DNA of 5,521 nucleotides from a virus. Position numbers and translations under genes: made by a program. The stretch is from UHGV virus genome UHGV-0231424; one strand, given 5' to 3'. Shown one piece after another: positions 1-5,346 of the stretch. Position 1 is the stretch's first letter. Each line of letters starts with the position of its first letter. The notes beneath the pieces are model-generated. The model ran no database searches, was not told the DNA's origin, and saw only the letters and a program-made list of their open reading frames with translations.

Positions 1-149
1 ACATAAGAACAGATCGATTCGAAGTAGCGATAGACGCGATGGACAAAATCAACCAAAGCACAGCGGACCAGATCGCGAAGAACAAGGGCGAAACCGAAAG
101 TGTGAAAACCTTCGGGACAGAAGGAAAAACCGATCCCGAAAAGAGCTAA
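1..149 (+). CDS. C-terminal part of a 107-aa hypothetical protein that begins at 5347 and wraps around the window junction (circular genome); possible internal scaffolding (VP3-like) protein by position
   Basis: Frame 3 is open from the first base to the TAA at 147..149 (…IRTDRFEVAIDAMDKINQSTADQIAKNKGETESVKTFGTEGKTDPEKS*). The last base of the window (g5521) plus the first two bases (ac) make a GAC codon that joins the ORF starting at 5347 in the same frame. Third-position T usage is low, as in the confident genes. Not in the ORF track because it has no in-window start. Confidence 0.55.
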   Translation, partial: IRTDRFEVAIDAMDKINQSTADQIAKNKGETESVKTFGTEGKTDPEKS

Positions 150-178
150 AGCAGTCGTATAAAGATCTACCAAAACTC

Positions 179-210
179 AAAGAGGGGGGATATTTCCGCC
201 CCCCTCTTTT
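179..210 (+). terminator. Rho-independent-type terminator: perfect 11-bp GC-rich stem (AAAGAGGGGGG / CCCCCCTCTTT), 9-nt loop, followed by a T run
   Basis: Read directly: 179-189 aaagagggggg, loop 190-198 atatttccg, 199-209 cccccctcttt (exact reverse complement), then t210. It lies 30 nt downstream of the stop of the wrapping ORF and upstream of VP2. Confidence 0.6.
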
Positions 211-304
211 AACCCTCGTAAATATATGTGGCACAGAGCGGTAGACATTTATACATATATAACAAGAACTATAGGTATAAATTCTTTTTTAAAAAAGAAC
301 GAAA
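211..304 (+). promoter_or_regulatory. AT-rich non-coding leader upstream of VP2, the only sizeable intergenic region; putative promoter and possibly replication-origin region
   Basis: No ORF with sensible codon usage. Contains TAGACA (242-247, -35-like), TATAAAT (276-282, -10-like, though the spacing to TAGACA is too long for a pair), and an 8-bp inverted repeat atatatgt(222-229)/acatatat(253-260). Assignment of specific promoter elements is not secure. Confidence 0.25.
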
Positions 305-1513
305 ATGAACTTCAAAGAACTACTGAAATTACTCGAAAAAGGAGAGGATCTCATGAGCCCTCTCTCGGGAATTGTAGGCGATGTTTCAGGAATCCTCAAT
401 ACGCTGGGCGTAGGCAGAAGGAGGCAGATAAGACAGCAGAAAGAAATGGCAGAAAACGCAGCCAAAATAAATTACAAATACGGAGAAATGGCGGCGGAGA
501 ATGCATTCGAAAGACAGCAAGTGTTATACAACAGGACCTATCAAGACCAAAGTTACGCCAACCAAGTCGCGCAAATGGATGCAGCGGGATTGTCTCCCGG
601 TCTGATGTATGGCAAAGGAGGTGCCGGAGGCGGAGGAGCCGGTTCGACAACCGGTGCTCCAATGGGTGCAACAGGAGCTACAGGAGCAGGATCAGCAGCC
701 GATCCGAATATGCAACTACAGGCATTGATGTCATTGCGACAAGTACGGATGAGCGAACGAAAGAACGAAGCAGAAATCAACCTGCTCAATACGCAAGCAG
801 AAGCACTCAAAGCAGAAGCGGGCAAAAGCAAAGAAGAAACCACGTCAATAATCGAAAAGAGAATATGGCAGGTAAAACAGGAAATGTTCGAAGGCTGGAA
901 AGGCTTTATCGGCACAGCAAATCAACTATGGGACCAGATGGTAAAATGGCAACCCACGGAAAAAACGACGATCGACGGCAAAGAAATCGAGATACCTAAA
1001 TACTTCGAAATAGAGGACGATAAATTCGGGAAGATCGTATTCGGAGAAAAATCATTCCAGGGCGATATGATGAAAGCCGAAAAACAAATCCTCGAAGGAA
1101 CAGCGGCAATCAAAACTCTGGAGAGCATATATGCAGACGAGAAACTATCGGCAGAAATCAACAAAATAAACGCGGACGCATGCAGCGCAATGGCTCAAGC
1201 AGCTTACTTCTACGCAGCGGGCAAAAATCAAGAAGCAGAAGCAAAAGTGGCCGAAGCAAAAAGAAGGACCGAAGAAGCAACCGCAGATCTGCGAGAACTC
1301 CAATACTGGACCGAAATAGCGAATACAATCCTCAAACTCGCGCAAGTAGTAGGAAATATGGTAATCGGAGGAAAAACAGGAAAAGCGATCAGAGAATACA
1401 CGGAAAGAAGGATGAACGAAACACCCCCCAAGAATTCATCGACAGTAACACAACACTACGATCCGGAGATGAATTTTAAGGGAGTAGATAAGACCGTAAC
1501 GACAAAATGGTAG
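305..1513 (+). CDS. VP2: Microviridae VP2-like minor capsid / DNA pilot protein (402 aa)
   Basis: The N-terminal region carries the pattern I recognise from Microviridae VP2/H-type pilot proteins (…NYKYGEMAAENAFERQQVLYNRTYQDQSYANQVAQMDAAGLSPGLMY…). It is followed by a Gly/Ala/Thr-rich low-complexity linker (611-706) and a long coiled-coil-like, charged C-terminal half. Codon usage is typical for this genome. Alternative start at ATG 353 (MSPLSGIVG…), preceded by a strong Shine-Dalgarno aaaaaGGAGAGG (341-347, 5-nt spacing). Confidence 0.85.
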   Translation: MNFKELLKLLEKGEDLMSPLSGIVGDVSGILNTLGVGRRRQIRQQKEMAENAAKINYKYGEMAAENAFERQQVLYNRTYQDQSYANQVAQMDAAGLSPGLMYGKGGAGGGGAGSTTGAPMGATGATGAGSAADPNMQLQALMSLRQVRMSERKNEAEINLLNTQAEALKAEAGKSKEETTSIIEKRIWQVKQEMFEGWKGFIGTANQLWDQMVKWQPTEKTTIDGKEIEIPKYFEIEDDKFGKIVFGEKSFQGDMMKAEKQILEGTAAIKTLESIYADEKLSAEINKINADACSAMAQAAYFYAAGKNQEAEAKVAEAKRRTEEATADLRELQYWTEIANTILKLAQVVGNMVIGGKTGKAIREYTERRMNETPPKNSSTVTQHYDPEMNFKGVDKTVTTKW

Positions 1514-1551
1514 AAAAATGATTTTAAAGGGGGAAAATTCAATTAAAAGCA

Positions 1552-2463
1552 GTGTGCCTATATCCAAGTACCATAGAGAATCCAAAGTACGCCAAATCGA
1601 ACGAAAACGCTAAAAGAATAAGAGATCGTCGTCTGAGATGGATACAAATTCCATGCGGACACTGCGAAGAATGCAGACGCGCAAAAGCAAATGAATGGAG
1701 AGTAAGATTGATGGAAGAAATAAAATCCAATCCAAAAAATACTATATTCGCCACGCTGACGTTCTCAGAAGAAAGCCTAAAAAGATTAGAATATGACGAA
1801 AACGAACCGAACAAAACACCTCAAAAAGCAATCAGCCTATTCAGAAAACGATGGTGGAAAAAGCATAAAAAACCACTCAAACACTGGCTAATCACAGAAA
1901 TGGGACACGACAATACCAAAAGAATACATCTACACGGCATTATATGGACAGAACTAACAGAGGAACAATTCGAAAAAGAATGGGGGTACGGCTGGGTATT
2001 CTTCGGGTATGAAGTAAACGAAAGAACAATAAACTACATCATAAAATACATAACAAAAAGAGACGAAAGCAACCCTGAATTCAACGGAAAGATATTCACC
2101 TCAAAAAGAATCGGAATAAACTACATAAACAAAAACTCACTCAAAAGGCATAGATATCAGGATAAATTCACAGAAGAAACATACAGAACAAATTCAGGAA
2201 TAAAAACAGCACTACCAGCATACTACAGACAAAAACTATGGACGGATCAGGAACGCGAAGCCCTCCGGATCATAAAGGAGGAGAAACAAGTAAAATACTA
2301 CAACAAAACCCCTATCAAAGTGGAAACAATAGAACAATACAAAGAGTATGTACACGCAGTAAAATACTGGCAATCAATCAAAAAGTATGACGGAAAGAGA
2401 AAAGAAGGAAATATGCAAAGGATATGCAGACCTGATCATAAAGAAGGAAAAATTAATTCGTGA
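1552..2463 (+). CDS. VP4: Microviridae VP4-like rolling-circle replication initiation protein (Rep, HUH endonuclease; 303 aa, GTG start)
   Basis: N-terminal C-L-Y-P then CGHCEEC zinc-finger-like motif. RCR motif 1 FATLTF (1747-1764), motif 2 HLHGIIW (1927-1947), motif 3 with paired catalytic tyrosines YIIKYITK (2035-2058), matching phiX174 A protein YVAKYVNK. Starts with GTG at 1552 (no in-frame ATG upstream; TAA at 1525). The last ~25 codons (2401-2463) have atypically high NNT codon usage; see findings. Confidence 0.88.
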   Translation: MCLYPSTIENPKYAKSNENAKRIRDRRLRWIQIPCGHCEECRRAKANEWRVRLMEEIKSNPKNTIFATLTFSEESLKRLEYDENEPNKTPQKAISLFRKRWWKKHKKPLKHWLITEMGHDNTKRIHLHGIIWTELTEEQFEKEWGYGWVFFGYEVNERTINYIIKYITKRDESNPEFNGKIFTSKRIGINYINKNSLKRHRYQDKFTEETYRTNSGIKTALPAYYRQKLWTDQEREALRIIKEEKQVKYYNKTPIKVETIEQYKEYVHAVKYWQSIKKYDGKRKEGNMQRICRPDHKEGKINS

Positions 2464-2584
2464 AATATGGGAAACGGAATTTGCAATCAGAAAAGTAGAG
2501 AATATATTGACCAGAAACAGGATAATAAATTCGCCAAAGGAAGAGGAGACATCGGAGATAGATCCACTAATCTTACAAAACTAA
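2387..2584 (+). CDS. Candidate overlapping gene (65 aa, charged/helical) spanning the rep 3' end and the start of the next ORF; alternatively a frameshifted segment
   Basis: Frame +2 ORF MTEREKKEICKGYADLIIKKEKLIREIWETEFAIRKVENILTRNRIINSPKEEETSEIDPLILQN. Third-position T about 10% (genome-typical), versus about 28-30% for the annotated frame over the same nucleotides. Positionally analogous to phiX174 gene K, which overlaps the A end and the C start. Confidence 0.3.
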   Translation: MTEREKKEICKGYADLIIKKEKLIREIWETEFAIRKVENILTRNRIINSPKEEETSEIDPLILQN

Positions 2585-2826
2585 TCGGTGCAGAAGCAGT
2601 ATCCAGACGAAACTTCAAATACGAAGGAACATTCTACGTGACAGAAGACGGAGAAACATTCGACAAGGAATACGTAGAAACTCATAAACCGCAAAGAACA
2701 GGCATCAGCTTCTACGAGGTAAGCAACTGGATATACAACGAAAGAAAACAACTGTACGAACCTATTATCAGAAGGATAGTAATGATCAAAAACACCAACA
2801 TTCAATTATCACTGAACTATGAATGA
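2467..2826 (+). CDS. Hypothetical protein (119 aa) immediately downstream of rep
   Basis: ATG 4 nt after the rep stop, in the same frame. The C-terminal ~80 codons (from about 2585) have genome-typical codon usage and protein-like composition (…FKYEGTFYVTEDGETFDKEYVETHKPQRTGISFYEVSNWIYNERKQLYEPIIRRIVMIKNT…). The N-terminal 39 codons look compositionally off-frame. The stop TGA (2824-2826) overlaps the start of the next gene (ATGAATGA). Confidence 0.5.
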   Translation: MGNGICNQKSREYIDQKQDNKFAKGRGDIGDRSTNLTKLIGAEAVSRRNFKYEGTFYVTEDGETFDKEYVETHKPQRTGISFYEVSNWIYNERKQLYEPIIRRIVMIKNTNIQLSLNYE

Positions 2827-2989
2827 AAAAGTAAAGAAAATCGTAAAATGGATCGCGGTAATAGCAGCCGCAATCGGCGCCGCAGCTGCCGTAATCATGG
2901 AGCAAGGATGCTCTCACAAGCACTACCTCAAAGCAAACGGAATCAAAATCGACACAGTCGAAGTATCAACAACAACAAAAATCAAGTAA
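2819..2989 (+). CDS. Small single-pass membrane protein (56 aa): MNEKVKKIVKWIAVIAAAIGAAAAVIMEQGCSHKHYLKANGIKIDTVEVSTTTKIK; candidate lysis/membrane-targeting protein
   Basis: Not in the supplied ORF track (below its apparent ~60-aa cutoff); found by reading frame +2. ATG 2819 overlaps the upstream stop (ATGAATGA); TAA 2987-2989 is followed 1 nt later by the next ATG. Lys-rich N-terminus, then a 17-20 residue hydrophobic Ala/Ile/Val helix. Only 3/56 NNT codons, which is genome-typical. It fills the gap between flanking genes exactly. Confidence 0.55.
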   Translation: MNEKVKKIVKWIAVIAAAIGAAAAVIMEQGCSHKHYLKANGIKIDTVEVSTTTKIK

Positions 2990-2990
2990 C

Positions 2991-3296
2991 ATGGACAAGA
3001 AATTCAGAAATCAGCTACTTGCTGAAAGCGGAAAAAAAGAGAGCGAAATCGAAAGCGTAAACCTCGAAATCGAAGAAAGAGAGCAATCGAAAAACGGCAT
3101 ATTCGTGCTGATCCGCAACAAGAAAAACAAATGGCTGATCACAATGTGCGGCTCGCTCTTGAACGGAAAGGAATTCGACACTAAAGAGGAAGCCGAAGAA
3201 CACATAGCTAAAAAAGAATGGGAAGACATCCTGACCGCAACATCCGTATTCTTCCTGCACGTATACCATGAAATGAAAAACACTCAAACAAAATAA
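2991..3296 (+). CDS. Hypothetical acidic/charged protein (101 aa) immediately upstream of the major capsid gene
   Basis: ATG 1 nt after the preceding stop; its own stop lies 3 nt before the VP1 ATG. Genome-typical codon usage (~7% NNT). Glu/Lys-rich, with a hydrophobic core segment (GIFVLI…WLITMCGSLL). No motif I can assign. Confidence 0.6.
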   Translation: MDKKFRNQLLAESGKKESEIESVNLEIEEREQSKNGIFVLIRNKKNKWLITMCGSLLNGKEFDTKEEAEEHIAKKEWEDILTATSVFFLHVYHEMKNTQTK

Positions 3297-3299
3297 GCC

Positions 3300-5342
3300 A
3301 TGAAAAAAACATTAGGAGGAGACAGAATCCGGAGCGAAAGCAAAATGGAAGTATATCTGCCCAATTTCGGCAGATCGTCACATAACATAGGAAAAATAGT
3401 TCGAACATCACAAGCATGCGGCACAATCGTTCCCTATTGGTGCCAAATAGGTATGGATGGAACGACGTTCTACATCGACATCACGACAAAAGTAAAAACA
3501 ATGCCGACGACCGGACCCGTATTCGGCAGCTTCAAACATCAAATCGACGTATTCGTAATTCCGATCAGACTCTATATAGCAGCGCTGCACAACAACGCTC
3601 TGGGAGTAGGGCTGAACATGAGCAAGGTGCTGCTGCCGCAATTCAACGTATATTCAGGTACTACATCAATTTACGAAAACGACACCAATAGAGGGCAAGT
3701 CAATCCGAGCTCGCTGCTCTCATATCTGGGAATCAAGGGGTTCGGATATTCTAAAGTCAATCCGCACCTTCGCAGCTTTCCTGCGATATTCAATCTGGCG
3801 TACTGGGACATATTCAAAAACTACTACGCCAACAAACAAGAAGAAAACGCATATGTAATCACCGGAATAGACCATATCTGGAAGAGCATCAGCGTAGAAG
3901 ATGGAGTCAAGCAGCTTAGGACATGGACGAGCAACAAGAGTACGACATACAGGATCGCTCCGACAGCTGATAAACCGTTGTACATCAAACTGGAATTCGA
4001 GGAAAACGTCTCACCAGAAGTGGTCAACGAAATCCAGTTCATGACGAATATTCCCGACACAACGCAGAAATTAAACGAGTTGACGAAACTCGGTGACACC
4101 TTCGTATTCGAACGAACAGACCCGGATGCATTGGGAATTAGGGAACCAAGCAACCTGAGAAAAGCAACTAAGGTCTTCGCATACAAAGTCAAAAAGACTA
4201 TCGAGATCGCATACAACATGAATACGGTCGGAGAGCATCCGATAACAATGCCGGACAACCAGAAGATCAAACTAACACAATTTCCATTAAAAAACATCGA
4301 CGATGAACGGAGTGCAATCTTAGCAGCACCCAGCACCTCGGCATATACGGTAAGTAATGATAAAATGCCATACGCAGCTGCACTCAAAACTCTGGAGCTA
4401 CCGAATTACGACCGCACAAAAACATACCGTAGCTCAAATTCATGGTACTCACAAGCGGGGTTAGCAGTAAAAACATACCTTAGCGACAGGTTCAACAACT
4501 GGCTGAACACCGAGTGGATCGACGGGACGACCGGAGGGATCAACGCGATCACGGCGGTAGATGTGAGCGATGGAAAACTTACGATGGATGCTCTGATCCT
4601 TCAAAAGAAGATTTTCAACATGCTGAACCGCGTAGCCATTACAGACGGCACCTATCAGGCATGGAGAGAAGCGACATACGGGATCAGAAGCACGACGCTG
4701 CCTGAATCTCCTATCTTCTGCGGCGGAATGCAGAGCGAAATCGCATTCGACGAAATCGTATCGAACTCAGCGACAGATGAAGAGCCATTAGGAACACTTG
4801 CCGGCCGAGGAGTCGCAACCATGTACAAATCCGGAAGGGGCTTGAAAATCAAATGCACGGAACCAAGCATGATCATGGCCTTAGGATCGATCACACCTCG
4901 AATCGATTACAGCCAAGGCAACAAATGGTGGACAAGACTGCAAAATATGGATGACTTCCATAAGCCGACATTGGACGCAATCGGATTTCAAGAACTGATA
5001 GCGGAAGAAGCAGCTGCATGGAGTACAGAAACCACCGATGACCACCGACAAACGTACCAATCATTGGGAAAACAACCGTCATGGATCGAATATACGACAG
5101 ACGTAAACGAAACGTACGGCGAATTTGCAGCCGGAATGCCTTTGGCGTTCATGTGTCTGAACAGGGTGTACGAGGAAAACAAAGACGGCTCGATCAAAAA
5201 CGCATCGACATACATCGATCCTACGATATACAACAACATATTCGCAGAGTCGAGATTAAGTTCACAGAACTTCTGGGTACAAGTAGCGTTCGACGTAACA
5301 GCACGTCGAGTAATGTCAGCAAAACAAATTCCAAATCTGTAA
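3300..5342 (+). CDS. VP1: Microviridae major capsid protein VP1 / F-like (680 aa)
   Basis: N-terminal signature SSHNIGKIVRTSQACGTIVPYWCQIGMDGTTFYID…VFVIPIRLY corresponds to the conserved LSHxxxxT…G.LVP…PGDTF…FF.P.RL block of Microviridae F/VP1 proteins. Long, clean ORF with consistent codon usage. Alternative start at ATG 3345 (MEVYLPNF…; GGAG at 3331-3334, 10-nt spacing) would give an N-terminal length more like homologues. Confidence 0.9.
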   Translation: MKKTLGGDRIRSESKMEVYLPNFGRSSHNIGKIVRTSQACGTIVPYWCQIGMDGTTFYIDITTKVKTMPTTGPVFGSFKHQIDVFVIPIRLYIAALHNNALGVGLNMSKVLLPQFNVYSGTTSIYENDTNRGQVNPSSLLSYLGIKGFGYSKVNPHLRSFPAIFNLAYWDIFKNYYANKQEENAYVITGIDHIWKSISVEDGVKQLRTWTSNKSTTYRIAPTADKPLYIKLEFEENVSPEVVNEIQFMTNIPDTTQKLNELTKLGDTFVFERTDPDALGIREPSNLRKATKVFAYKVKKTIEIAYNMNTVGEHPITMPDNQKIKLTQFPLKNIDDERSAILAAPSTSAYTVSNDKMPYAAALKTLELPNYDRTKTYRSSNSWYSQAGLAVKTYLSDRFNNWLNTEWIDGTTGGINAITAVDVSDGKLTMDALILQKKIFNMLNRVAITDGTYQAWREATYGIRSTTLPESPIFCGGMQSEIAFDEIVSNSATDEEPLGTLAGRGVATMYKSGRGLKIKCTEPSMIMALGSITPRIDYSQGNKWWTRLQNMDDFHKPTLDAIGFQELIAEEAAAWSTETTDDHRQTYQSLGKQPSWIEYTTDVNETYGEFAAGMPLAFMCLNRVYEENKDGSIKNASTYIDPTIYNNIFAESRLSSQNFWVQVAFDVTARRVMSAKQIPNL

Positions 5343-5346
5343 TACT

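Noticed and set aside
261-285. ACTATAG 7-mer resembling the phiX174 origin core (CACTATAGACCAC)
   Set aside because: Too short to distinguish from chance in an AT-rich region. Kept only as a test site within the intergenic finding.
226-999. 257-aa + strand ORF overlapping the VP2 5' half in another frame (Arg/Ser/Asn-rich, RRCRRRRSRF…)
   Set aside because: Composition typical of an off-frame reading of an A-rich coding strand (AGA/AAG/AAC codons). High NNT usage. No independent signals. VP2 in the other frame carries the conserved pilot-protein motifs.
1180-1479. 99-aa + strand ORF inside VP2 (SRSRSKSGRSKKKDRRSNRRS…)
   Set aside because: Same off-frame artefact: extreme R/S/K bias, embedded in a confidently assigned gene.
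2848-3060. 70-aa Arg-rich + strand ORF (MDRGNSSRNRRRSCRNHGAR…) that could be imagined as a J/VP8-like basic DNA-packaging protein
   Set aside because: About 20% NNT codons versus about 7-13% in real genes. It overlaps both the 56-aa TM ORF and the 101-aa ORF, which together tile the region perfectly with coupled start/stop junctions. Its Arg run is simply the Ala-run codons (GCC GCA GCT) read out of frame. Not excluded absolutely, since microviruses do carry overlapping genes.
3824-4387. 187-aa hydrophobic minus-strand ORF antisense to VP1, plus the other minus-strand ORFs (49..234, 396..671, 553..915, 922..1164, 1145..1345, 1228..1431, 1539..1814, 2581..2805, 3011..3287, 3208..3426, 3408..3641, 4655..5239)
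   Set aside because: The minus strand is T-rich, so antisense frames read as Phe/Leu/Ser/Cys-rich pseudo-membrane proteins. Microviridae encode all genes on one strand, and every one of these lies antisense to a motif-supported gene.
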